DNA of 64,000 nucleotides. Origin: Phoronis australis. Taxonomy: Eukaryota; Animalia; Phoronida. A program made the translations under genes and the position numbers. The notes below the pieces were generated by a model, which did no database searches, was not told where the DNA came from, and saw only the letters and a list, made by a program, of their open reading frames with translations. The stretch lies in NCBI GenBank assembly GCA_002633005.1, contig NMRA01000062.1, positions 915,981 to 979,980 of the forward strand, in the 5' to 3' direction. Below, piece by piece: positions 13,701 through 25,244 of this stretch (position 1 is its first letter; every line of letters begins with the position of its first letter).

Positions 13701-16700
13701 GCTAATGCATCAATGGCGTCCCACTTGAGGGATGAAAGCAAAATTCAATTATAAACGTATTCTCTCTGTGTCATAGATTGGATGGTTCTTGGCGGTTAAT
13801 CTTTCCCTGCTGTATTTGTCTGACTCGCTTAACGCGTCGATCACGTTTGCCCGTTTGCCACACCTTGTAATGAGTTTTCAAATATTGTACTCTAAAGTTT
13901 TGCGGTAGTCGAGGGTTGTGGGCATTATTTTGTTTCTTAGAACTGGATGCGAAAGTTGTTTTTAATATCTGTCAATAGGCCAAAACTGGCTTTTTCTTTC
14001 CTCTTAATTAAATGTGCAATATAACAGGTTTCTGCCTAAAACTAACTTTTGACTTAAGACACCCAGCTTTAGAATTCCAACCTCAACTCGTTCCTTACAC
14101 AACTACATGTAAAACGATTCTTGGTTTGAGAAGAATTGACAGTGCGATATTTCTTTCTTAATCATACAATGACCTCGCCACGTGGTCACGCTCACTTTAA
14201 TTAGTGCGACTTAAACCAATAATTCGCTTTTAATTTGATTAAGCAACTGGTCGAGACTAATGGTTTAGCAGCTAGTGGAAAAGATTTTAAAAAAAGACGG
14301 GACTATAGCATCTTCAAAACAAATTTTGGTATTTTGTGCAGTATTGTTTGTAATACGTAGCTGTTACATTTCTTTAAACAAGGTTGGGGTTACTTCTTCA
14401 ATCGTTAGCAAAACAACTCAGCAAGTGAACAATTTTCAAAGTTGTTTTAAAAGACAACGTTCCTGAAAGCAATACTGTCAAAGTAAAATCAGATTTGTCT
14501 ACAGAGAACAATTCATATTTTTAAGTGCCACCTAAAGATAGTAAACCAAAAGACTACAGCAAGACGGTCTGTGACGTGAACAACGCTAACGAGATCGATC
14601 CAACAAAAACCGGTCGTCTTACTGCCGTTGTCTCACCCGATTGCGAAAAGTTAAAGGCAACACAGATTGACTACACTGACAAAGTGATCAAAAACGCTGA
14701 CTGTGTCAAACAGATTCAGCGTACGTGGAAACTAGTCGATGGCTGTGCACATACCGTGACACACGTGCAGAATATTCAACTGTCTGTAATCAAACCTAGC
14801 GCTACAGTTCCGAAGACAGGCGAGCTGGTCTGCTCAAAGGTTGACGAAGTAAAATCTGTTGCGGGCCTTCAACCAAAGCTTAGCAACCCCTGTCCACAAA
14901 ATAAAGTCACGGTTGTTGACACCACATCCGCCGCCAAATATGCCGCGGCTTGCTCTGGCCAGACGGTACAAAGGACGTGGGAGGTGCGAGAGTCCTGCGG
15001 AAGAGTTAGTTCAATTTCTCAAAATGTGTTGGCGAAAGCCAAAGGTAATAATTGCTTGTAACATCACATGGACTAGCCTTGAGTTTTTGAATGATGACGT
15101 ATTGCAATTATCAATTGGAATGACTTTACCTAACGGAGTAGTGTGCAAGACCAGCATGTGGTTTTCTGACAGAAATCACGGGCTTACTGACACTTGAAAT
15201 CAGATTTTACAATTCACAAGGTGCCGATAAAAATTATGTTGAATCAAGATAAAAAGTGCGAGAATATTATATAGAAGTCAATGTGCATTTACCACATGTG
15301 AAGGCGAGACACTCTCATTAGATTAAAAGAAGCAGAAGGACTGTACTTATTCGAAATGATGTTTTTAGCTCTAACATTTCAAGAACAACTTGATCAAAAT
15401 TTCAGTAAGTACATAGTACCAAGCCTTTGGATAATGTCCACGTACACTTTAATCCACTAAACTACTTATCAAGTGAACAATTTTAAAGTTGTCTGAAAAA
15501 GCAATATTTCAGAAAGCAATAGTATCAAAGTAAAATAAGATTTGTCTGTAGGGAATAATTCATATTTTTAAGTGCCACCTAAAGATAGTAAACCGAAAGA
15601 CTACAGCAAGACGGTCTGTGACGTGAACAACGCTAACGAGATCGATCCAACAAAAACTGGCCGTCTTACTGCCGTTGTCTCACCCGATTGCGAAAAGTTA
15701 AAGGCAACAGAGATTGACTACACCGACAAAGTGATCAAAAACGCTGACTGTGTCAAACAGATTCAGCGTACGTGGAAACTAGTCGATGGCTGTGCACATA
15801 CCGTGACGCACGTACAGAATATTCAACTGTCTGTAATCAAACCTAGCGCTACAGTTCCGAAGACAGGCGAGCTGGTCTGCTCGAAGGTTGACGAAGTAAA
15901 ATCTGTTGCGGGCCTTCAACCAAAGCTTAACAACCCCTGTCCACAAAATAAAGTCACGGTTGTTGACACCACATCCGCCGCCAAATATGCCGCGGCTTGC
16001 TCTGGCCAGACGGTACAAAGGACGTGGGAGGTGCGAGAGTCCTGCGGTAGAATAAGTACAATTTCTCAGAACGTATTGGCCAAAGCCAAAGGTGAGACTT
16101 GAGATGACTTAAGTGTGAATCTGATCTAAATGCAGCATATCTCGTTTTAACGAAAAGTAGAAATACGTACATGGTGCAAAAATTGTGTACACGTTGTCGT
16201 TGAAATCGACGACGTATTCGACAAAGGCGACTTTTCGGTCAAACTGCATTTTTAAGATCTTGTGGGCTTCAATCAAACATGTCAGACGAAGAGTTAAGTT
16301 TAAAGTGTGGAACTATACGTGTGTTTCTTTTTTTCAACAGTACCACCAAAAATAACCAAGCCGACGGACTACACAAAAGAAGTTTGCCAACTGAATTTGT
16401 CGTCGGAGATTTCCTCAAGTAAGACAGGATCAATGACAGCTGTTGTGTCTCCCGATTGCGAAAAGATAAGACCAACAAGGATCAACTACATTGATAAAGT
16501 AGTCCAAGACGGAAACTGTCAAAAGGTTTTTGTTTTGTCTTAAGTATAGCTAATTTTGTTTTTTATTACCATGTATGAAACGATCAAATTCTGTCTACAG
16601 TTTTAAACCAAGTAAGTAGGCTAAACTCTTGAAACTAGTCACCTTAAATTTGCAGGTGATTGAACGGACTTGGTCTCTGATTGATGGTTGCGGACACACA

Positions 16701-19700
16701 GACCGTCACGTGCAAAAGATAACTCTGACCGTCCCGTCACCAACAGTGCAAGTTCAGGCTACAGCAGAGATGGAATGTGACAGTGTCTCGGAGGCTATTT
16801 CCAACAACGCTTTCCAGCCCAAGGTAAATATCCATAGAGCCTGTTTTCAACTGTATACGTTAAAGTTCTTCTCGTCGTTTATCAAAGGGTTTTGGCTAAG
16901 ACTTCCAAGAAATTTGGTCAATCCTTTTCTGTGCAATAAAGCGGAACAGGTCGTGTTAGGTGGTTGATAGTGCTTGTACTGAAAGCTTTCTACAGCATCA
17001 GCAATATTCCCACAAATTTGGTTTATCGCCGCTAATCAAGTTCTTGAACACGAATTCTTTCTTCATCTGTCCTAACCAGATTCTAAGAAATCCTTGCGCG
17101 GGCAACTCCCTTACTATAACAGAAACAACAGCGTCGGCTCTGTTGCGCGGCGAATGCAAAGATCAGGTTATCACGCGCACGTGGACAGTGAAAGAAGCTT
17201 GTGGAAGGACAAACACACTCACACAGAAACTCACCTTGAAAGAAAGGGGTAGGTACTGTCTTAAATCTCACTATTCGACCGTCCCTTAGGATTCCTTCTG
17301 TTTGTACATTCCCTATTTTATATCGATTGATTGGTTTATTTATTTAACAACGGCGGTCCACAAAACAATACAATGCAATACAAAACAATATAACATAATA
17401 CAACATGCTAACAAAGACATACATTTAGACAGATAAAGTAAACAAATATCCAAGTATTAGATATTTGATGTAGGAAAGGCACGAAGAATTTAAAGACATC
17501 TTTCTATTATGGTCCGCTTTGGACATCCAGGTGCCTTCTTTGTAATCTGCGCTGCGACTCTGATACATTTTTGCTCCTCTACGCGGTCACTATATTTTTC
17601 AAAATTTTGCGGTCGTCGCATCTTAGCACCACAATTCTTAGTACAGAAAACAAGGAGGACACCTTGTGGCTAAATAAAAATCAGAGTCCTGATTTGAATC
17701 TTGTTTGCTTATTGGATAATCCAGCACTGGTCAACATCCCAAGAAACACAAATGAAAGTCTGTCACAACTGAAAACATTTCTTGAGGTAAAAGGCTTGTA
17801 TGTTGGTTACCAAAGATGGATGTTCTTAAATAACCTTTTAAGTAAAATTGATGACTCATAAAGCTATACATATTACATTTCATTTTAAATCTTTGATGAT
17901 CACCACATCTTATCATGCGCACATGAAACCTGCAAATTATGTTTCTTTGTTCTATTTGCTGGGATTTTATGTTGAGGCCTTTTACAGGGCATTTAAACCT
18001 CAATGTCCGTGAGCCGCTCGTGCTTGACGCGCTTACAATTCCTCTCTCACGCACCCTGTTCGCCAATCGCTGACACATTTCTCCCCTCGCTAAGCACTTT
18101 TCTCATCTCGCGGACGGACTAACCAAGGTCCCGTGCATTATTCCCTGCATGCGGTGCCACGGCAAATTAACTCGGCGATTGAACCGCAGTACTAGTCTGG
18201 TAGCCACCCATAGGGTCCCAATGGGGCCTCTAGAAATTCTTGTTTTTTAATTCTTTTAGGTTAAGGTGGTCACCCTGAAGCATTTTAGTTGGGTTGTAAT
18301 TATGACAACCTATAGCAAATTAAGGCCGCCATTATGGAAAATTCTGTTTTGCTTATAACTTCCTCAACAAGTACCACAGGTAGATTGTTTTGATATTTCA
18401 ACCCATGTTTTCAAGGGTACTTAATTCAATGGAGCTAGTTTACTGGTGGATAAATTGCGAACTTGTATAATTTATGCAAATTAAGGCCGCCATTATTCAA
18501 AAACCTACTGGTGCTTATAACTGGAATAAAAAGTACCACAGATAAATTGTTATATTCACTGATCATAGAAACATGCGTCAAGACATCAAACTAACCTACC
18601 TGCAATAATTGGCATGGAAGTTACAAGCAAAAACAGAATATTGCGTGATGACGAATTTAATTGCATATTAAAAAATGTTCAATGTTGTCAAAATTACAAC
18701 TAAAATGCTTCAGGAGGGGCATCTAAACGTGAAACAGCTGAAGAACCTTATACTACCAACGATTTCCGGTTACTAGATTATACTGCTTTAGTTGCTGTTC
18801 CGTTTTTTTCAATAACATCGTACAGTCAAATAAAAATAGTTACTACGTACATGTATAGAGAATGTTATCCATTGTTTCAAATTCTGTTGCAAAAGTCGTC
18901 GATACTTTGCCAGTATCCATATTCACAGGATCACGTGGTATGAGAACAACCGACATGTATTATTGAGTGCGAAATGAGTTCCAAAGCATATTTACTGCAT
19001 TCTTGGCTAACACTGTCTATGACCACTTCATTTGTTTTTGTTTTCATTTGTATTGCTTAAAGGCTATAGTTGTGAAACGACTCGGTTGAAAACGACTGAT
19101 ATAAACTAAAATAGCCGGGAATGTGATCACAGATAAAGCTTTATAGAGTTATTTGGAGAACGTCATGTAAGAATAGAACGTGTTTCGCGAGCAGGGAATA
19201 ATGTGCGGAAGCAGGACTTACACTGTACTAATCATTTCGCCTACAAAGAAATGTGTCCACGAGTAAGTGGTGCGGGGGGATTATGCGTCCGCGAGAGGAG
19301 AATGGGGTGAATCAGAGAAGAAGTCTGTTCCCAGGCAGGCCCGAGCGGTGCGCGGCATGCAAGTCTAGGCGCCTTCTTTTAGCCTAAGGAAATCCCCCGT
19401 CGAGAAGTCGGAAATCATAAGTTTTGACAGGCGAGCTCTCGGGCTAAAATCCCAAAGCACGCTGTTGCATCTAATCCAATAAAGAAATAAAGTTGGTAAA
19501 TTTCGCTCTCAAAAATCACGTTCAGTTTGTGAAAATACGTCAATCCCCAACGCACAGTCTGCGCATAGCTTTCGTGCAGAAAATAAGATTATGTTACCAT
19601 CAAGGATATTCGAAATATAGATTCCTAGGCCTATTATCAATCATAAAAAGGTATTAAGGTAATTCAAACCTTCGTAATGAAGGTGGCCTGTATGTGAAAC

Positions 19701-22700
19701 GAATGTGTCACTTAAACCTTTGCGCCAAGTGGAGAGATCTCCTAGGGATCAACAAACTTGTTTAAAGTTGATCAACAATAAGAAAACTGCATGGCAGTTG
19801 TTACATGTTTAATCGATATACGTTGGGTTTCTCCTTGGATATAAATTTACTACTTGGTAAGCATAATATTTATTTAGCTGTCTGTCACTGCTTCATTTGT
19901 TCATTTTACAGGATGTTTTGCGCGCGTTGCTGACATCGTTTTTGCACTGGACGATTCGGGCAGCTTAAATGATGACGACTTCATCAAGATGAAGGAATTT
20001 CTCATCAACGTCGTCAAAGCTTTTGATATCGGCTTCGACAAGACACGAGTGGGGGTGCTTACTTACAACGATGGACCAATACCTCAATTTGAGCTGAACA
20101 GCTACTTTACCAAAGGCAAATTAATGGGTGCCATAGACAGGATTAAGTACGCAGACTTGACACAGTCGCATTTTGTTCGCTAACTGCTACCCAGTTCAAC
20201 TACGTGAGCACACACGCCCCTCTCTGACGTAATGCGTTTTTAGTATTTTTTACTTAAATGTTTCACGTACGTTGCTTCACTTATCTGCGCAGACAGCGTC
20301 CCTTGTGTACATGTATGAGCGTGTCTTTAATAGTTTGTCTTCTTTCTGACTGTATCATTGTTATTCTTTGTACTTTCATTTGAATAATTAACGCCAGTCT
20401 AAAGCAACTACGTGACACAATCAACGTGTCACGTTTGCAACGGATAAGACACGCTTCACCCAGTGGTGGACATACGTTTTCAGTAAGGAGGTTAGGATTC
20501 TCGTGAATCCGAGGTGCGTTGCGGCGAGCGTAAATGCGGTCACCTTTTCAGCGTGAGTGCCTCCTCGAGTTCATTCCTTGTTAGGGCGTATCTTGAAACG
20601 GACTCGCAAACAAACCACAGCACCCTCCGCAACGGCCCTTACAGGGGCAAAACAAGTATTCGGAAAACGAGCTGTTCGTTTTTTTAAATGAATACATTAC
20701 ATGTTAACTCTATGTTTATTGTGCAAGACGATTTTATTATACAGCAGTCAAATTCAAGTTACAAACGTGTGGAGTGTAATAACATGAAAAGGCATGAGAG
20801 ATGAGATAAAAACGTTGCATGTCGATTCACCTGAGTATCAGTGTTGCGGTATCACAGTATTTTCCCTAATCATACATAAAAAATCAGCTACAGATCTTTG
20901 CTTTTTCCGCGGAGAAGTATAAACCCTTGGAAAGCTTCGTGTTAGGGCTACGACAAGTGTTGTGTGCACTACTGAGACACCGCGCGCACCAGATACAGGA
21001 CACGAAAGGAGTTTGTTCAGGTTAAACTCTGTGGCAACATTTAAACATTTACTGTTTAACGTTTGTGATATCCTTTACGAAGGTTCATCTTTAGCGCAAC
21101 GACACAACTGTTGTGCCAGGATTTTAGGAGTCTAGAGACTTGACAAAACTCATGCTTAACCGTCAGATAACATGCTGTGTCGAAACAGGATATTATCTTT
21201 TACATAAATCGTTTTAGGAAAACATCCGGAGCAACTAAAACTAGCCAGGCCATCGACTACATGAGGAAAACTAGTTTCTCGGTTGGTAATGGTGACAGAG
21301 TTTTGGTAAAAAATGTGGGTATGTAATTAATTTCGTGGCATTTTGTCTTACACTGTAGATTTTCGTAGTAGTATTTCACTTGACGTACATTCTCACCAGT
21401 AGTTTTAAGCCCACCCTTAACGTTACAAAAACATCGTGCATGCTGGGTAAAAGAAAGTTTCAAGTTCATGTTCCTATTCTCTTGTTATCTGCTGACAAAC
21501 TAAGTTATATTGTCGGCCAGATAATGTTTTGCTCCTTTCTTAGTTCGCTAGTTGTCTTGAACTTTTACGTTTTCCTGACTCTAAAAGCATCATTGTCACA
21601 TTTAATCCTGTCCACGTTCGTGATACTCTCTTGTTTATGCGCATACAAACTGCGGAACGGTGCCTGTGAGTGGCGGATTTAGGGGGAGGGGCCAAGAGGG
21701 CCATGCCCATCCCCTAAAATTCTTCCAGATTCCATGTTGCAGTTCGGGGGTACGAATGTCTGAGGGGCAAAATCCTGGCCAATTCTTTGTCCTGCCCTTC
21801 CCTTCCTAACTCAAAATATTGGATCCGCCCCTGTCTCTACCAGGCGTGCCAACCAAGGGCAATTGATGGAGATGGAACCGCATTTTCTTATGCACGTTTC
21901 CTGAACCTTAACACGTACCGTTTCTTGCAGGCATTATTGTGACTGATGGGAAGTCCAGCAGTCGCGTACTAACTGCTCTTCAAGCCCGTCTCGCTAAAGA
22001 AGCCGGGATGATTATTTTTGCCATAGGTAAGTGTAGCACGAATTCGGTAAGTTTTCATTTGTTTGCTACGAAAAACCGGTGTCCGTCCTGGTCCATTCGA
22101 TTTTTTCTCAGAGTCCGATTCACTGGACAAACATTGTGTGTTGTTTCAAATTTTCGACGTACTCACGTTCGTTGCGTAGGTGCACCATTATCTGTTACTG
22201 TTAACTTTTCTCTGTTGAACACAAAACGAACATACTTCGTGACCGTATGCTGCTTCTTTAATTAGGATGTGTTTCAATCTCCAGGCGTTGGGTCTGACGT
22301 TGACGTCAACGAGCTGAATGACATTTCGAGTGATCCCGACTCTTCCTACGTCTTCACCGTGGAGAGTTTCGCGGCCTTGAAGAGCATCCAAAACGAGGTT
22401 GCTATAGGAGCCTGTATAGGTGAGCGGACTAACAGTGAGATTTTAGTTGGCAACAAGATTGATCAAGAAAATAGACCAAGTGCTTCCAAACGAGGACAGA
22501 ACATAGGCTTCCGTAGTAAAGGGAGAGAGCGTATAAAGGACGGGGCACTTCCCTACAAAGCCAGGGAATTATAGATTTAGGTTAAAAAACTACAAAAGAG
22601 CAACTGCATATTTAATGTTCGGGCTTTGTTTAGTTAATTGTAGCAATTATTTGTGTACTAGTTTTTAATTGAGATGCGTTTTAATTAATTATAAACACAT

Positions 22701-24430
22701 GTCAGCGCTGCGTACTCTGGTTCTAATTCTCGAATGTTCATATTTAGCTACCAATCCACCTCCGACTACGGTTAGCACAACACCGCCTACTACTACAGCG
22801 AGACCGACTACCCCCGCCTGTGTCGACCGCGCTGACTGCACCGCCTACGGAGACAACGTGTGCACGGAGTACCCTGAGTGGTCCAGGGAAAACTGTTACG
22901 GCACCTGTTATTGTGAAAGTAAGTTGACAATGAAAACAAGACTACACCTGTACGGCACTCTTGAATTGGCCATAAATCACGGAACTCGTCAAGAGTATCA
23001 TTATCAAAAGAGGGCACAAAAGCGGCATCTAATACTAGGTCTATGGGCCACACCGATTTATTTCTAACATATAATGGTGCGTTAACATTCTTACGTGGTT
23101 ATAGGCTTGCTGTACAAGTTGTACGCATCGCAGTAGCAGCTTTTCACATGCCGTCGCACAGCGTACATGTAGGTGTAGGAACTAATACAAACCTCTTCCC
23201 GTCCACATTGGCGTTAGTATCAATCAGTTGACGCACCAGCAGAAAAGTAAAACTGTTGAAATGATGGCATTTTATACTCTCATTTACAGGCACTTTATAT
23301 GCACGCAGAAATGTTACAGAAGGCAATGGAAAACTGTTGTGTCGCAAAATGTCCAAACCGAGCTAAAGGCGAAGTGAATTTGACAAAACAAAATTTCTCT
23401 TATAAATAAGACTTATGTTCCGTAGGAGACGTGATGTGGCCATCAGGTGGCGTGCAGACCAGACTTAAAAATGTTTGTGAATGATTAAAATTTCTGTTGT
23501 TCACCTTACTGTGTTTGAAACTTAAGAATTCTTACAAATTGAAAAATATTAGTATCCAATGGTGACGTGTTCACAAAACTGCCAAGATTCTTCAGAGGTG
23601 CTGAACAAGTCCTTGCCAACTTTATTGATACCCAATTTCCTTATAGTTTTGAATATTTGGAAATGTGTGCACGCTTAAGTATATATTATAATCAAATTGA
23701 AGATTTAGATCAAAGGCCTAATTACCAAGGAACTACATGTACTGGTGTATATTAACAGAAATAAAACGATAAACTTTTCACGATAACATTCATGTTTGGA
23801 TATATACACTCCCAGACGTTTCGTTGAACTTCAGTCAAGCATCATCAGTGACAATAGGTACAACTAGTGGTTTCACAGCACGCCAAAGTTCAGCGAAACG
23901 TCTAACATTGAATGAATGAATATGTCCGAATATGAATGTTCTCGCGAAAAGTTTTATCGGTTTATTTACTTGTATTTATGTTAAGGGTCAAAAACTGATG
24001 TTGTACAACTCAATGCACGTGACACCTCCTGCCTTTCAGGCACCCCTCCTCCGTCCACGACTACAACAAAGCCGTGCGTCGACGTTCTACCTAACTGTCA
24101 GCTCTATCTGAAGTCGTACTGTACGGAGTTTCGGGCGTGGGCTCAGGGAAATTGCGCCAAGTATTGCGGTTTGTGTAAGTATTCTCAAAACAGCGGGCGA
24201 GATTAGTTATCGCTGGTAATTGTTTATTTTGGGTATCAAGGAGCCAACATTTAAAAATGGAAAAAGTAGTTCTTATTTTGTGCAAAATAAATGAAGAATT
24301 ACCATATAATTACGTGAACTTCGTAAAATTCCATATTCGTAAACCATGTCTTCCATTGTTTTACGTGTTGAGAACTGGTACATGTTTTATATGAGGTGTT
24401 GTCATAGGTAAAGATGCTGAACAGTCGTAA
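4686..24430 (+). CDS. Secreted multidomain protein of ~2150 aa (gene span): SP - IgGFc-binding - acidic metal-binding motif - 16 HYR-like Cys repeats - VWA - 2 ShK-like
   Basis: Exons 4686-4749, 5111-5944, 6429-6613, 7668-7818, 8055-8353, 8741-9119, 9317-9844, 10168-10686, 11372-11890, 12666-13184, 14526-15044, 15573-16091, 16341-16525, 16656-16823, 17080-17248, 19912-20146, 21218-21318, 21931-22026, 22285-22419, 22748-22918, 24040-24174, 24408-24430 join with consistent phases (6453 nt). All junctions are GT-AG except the donor at 6613. Confidence 0.8.
5111..7818 (+). CDS. IgGFc-binding (FCGBP N-terminal type) domain, exons 5111-5944, 6429-6613, 7668-7818
   Basis: Hallmark motifs DNRGTEFVIGF, TDAFLALP, DLTGTIVTADKPVSVYSG, CDHLVEQIPPVNTWGKRF, KPCLVMQY, ADPFMIMVPPIEQY, YMYG...SYGYPGG. 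Confidence 0.9.
6805..6954 (-). mobile_element. tRNA-derived SINE fragment
   Basis: Minus strand has A-box TGGCTCAGTGG and B-box-like GGATTCAAATCC at Pol III spacing, but no full cloverleaf. The 3' boundary is approximate. Confidence 0.55.
8055..8353 (+). CDS. Exon with acidic DGLDNDCDGLIDEE...DDDGDGKIDED motif and the start of the first repeat
   Basis: Canonical splice sites, phase 1 to 0. Tandem DxDxDG loops resembling the Cu-binding_MopE-like putative metal-binding repeat. Confidence 0.8.
8741..9844 (+). CDS. Repeat-region exons 8741-9119 and 9317-9844 (divergent repeat pairs 1 and 2)
   Basis: Canonical splice sites. Motifs ERVWSVLDGC, SRSWQAREKCG, QRTWSVTDGCG, TRTWQVSESCG. Confidence 0.85.
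10168..16091 (+). CDS. Five near-identical 519-nt symmetric (phase 1-1) exons, each encoding a 173-aa double repeat
   Basis: Exons 10168-10686, 11372-11890, 12666-13184, 14526-15044 and 15573-16091 are each exactly 519 nt with AG/GT borders and nearly identical translations. Confidence 0.92.
16341..17248 (+). CDS. Last repeat pair, split into exons 16341-16525, 16656-16823, 17080-17248
   Basis: Canonical splice sites and phases. Motifs ERTWSLIDGCG and TRTWTVKEACG. Confidence 0.85.
19912..22419 (+). CDS. von Willebrand factor A domain, exons 19912-20146, 21218-21318, 21931-22026, 22285-22419
   Basis: ADIVFALDDSGS (MIDAS DxSxS), TRVGVLTY, GATKTSQAIDY, IIVTDGKS, IFAIGVG, ELNDISSDP; phases are consistent. 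Confidence 0.92.
21668..21833. mobile_element. Short non-autonomous TIR element (MITE)
   Basis: Ends (G)AGTGGCGGATTTA ... TTGGATCCGCCCCTG form imperfect inverted repeats around a G/C-tract-rich interior. Confidence 0.6.
22748..24430 (+). CDS. Pro/Thr linkers and two ShK-like domains (22748-22918, 24040-24174) plus a probable terminal exon 24408-24430
   Basis: CVDRADCTAYGDNVCTEYPEWSRENCYGTCYC and CVDVLPNCQLYLKSYCTEFRAWAQGNCAKYCGLC. The terminal exon completes the last Cys codon (CKDAEQS*) and is followed by several AATAAA at about 24554-24719; this exon is less certain. Confidence 0.8.
23760..23968. mobile_element. Imperfect palindrome of Penelope-like terminal repeat sequence containing a hammerhead motif
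   Basis: Left arm AAATAAAACGATAAACTTTTCACGATAACATTCATGTTTGGATATAT pairs with right arm ATATGTCCGAATATGAATGTTCTCGCGAAAAGTTTTATCGGTTTATTT. Confidence 0.6.
23815..23848 (-). ncRNA. Minimal hammerhead ribozyme-like motif
   Basis: Minus strand reads CTGATGA-TGC-TTGA-loop-TCAA-C-GAAA-CGTC, with a GUC cleavage triplet. Confidence 0.55.
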
Positions 24431-24863
24431 TGTAATTACTGGTCACCCCACTGAGTGTTCACATATTTTGACTGTGATGTGCAAAGAACAACATAATTAA
24501 GACACGTCATGTCTGTGAACAAAGATTGAACACTTCTCAACCAGGCGTATAAGAATAAAACACCTTTGCAATAAACCGTATTTTTTACACTGACCAACGC
24601 TCCAGTAGCTTTTCATGAAAAAATCCAGGTTGTCAGGGGCGCTCCCATCCGGGCACAAGAAACAATAAACCGACTGTGAATAAAACACGAGACAAGATTC
24701 ATTGCGTATTAACAATAAAGAGACATAACCTGCGTCAAATTGGCAAAAATATTATTTTAAAAAATGGCGGTCTCGCGCCAGCAACATTTTGTTAAATTTA
24801 AGTCTTACAGTCAAAAATTTCAATCGTCCAGGATTCCAAAAATAAATAACTTTAAAACAATGG

Positions 24864-25244
24864 TAATCACATCATTTTTGGCCAAAGTACGATTAGAAAA
24901 CGGACAATTGCCGCACAAATAAAGAAGTTCATGTTAACACAATGTTTCGTCTTATTCAACAAGACATCGCAACAAGTGTCGATATTCTTTCAAGTCATAT
25001 CCATGTGGTGAAATGAGATTGAGAGATACAGGGAAAGTAAGTAGGTCATTACCATAGCTGCAGGGTCACTGAGCTTACTTTCCCTGTATCTCTCACTCTC
25101 ATTTTACCACATGGATGTGACTTAAAAGAATATCGACACTTGTTGTGCTACTGTACATATCCTGATGATGTCTTGTTGAATAACTTGAAGACGAAACGTT
25201 GAGTTTACATGAACTTCTTTATTTGTGCGGCAATCGTCCGTTTC
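24864..25244. mobile_element. Foldback Penelope-like insertion with a 12-bp target-site duplication
   Basis: Long inverted arms (about 24895-25042 versus 25073-25244), flanked by direct repeat TTAAAACAATGG at 24852-24863 and 25245-25256. A related copy lies at about 29786-30012. Confidence 0.75.
25162..25200 (+). ncRNA. Minimal hammerhead ribozyme-like motif
   Basis: CTGATGA-T-GTCTT-loop-AAGAC-GAAA-CGTT: conserved core with 5-bp stem II and palindromic AACGTT in place of stem III; stem I is weak. Confidence 0.55.

Noticed and set aside
23426-23483. Possible micro-exon (23426-23446) or alternative terminal exon between the ShK exons
   Set aside because: Frame-compatible, but the donor is weak (GTGGCG) and there is no homology support; needs RNA-seq.
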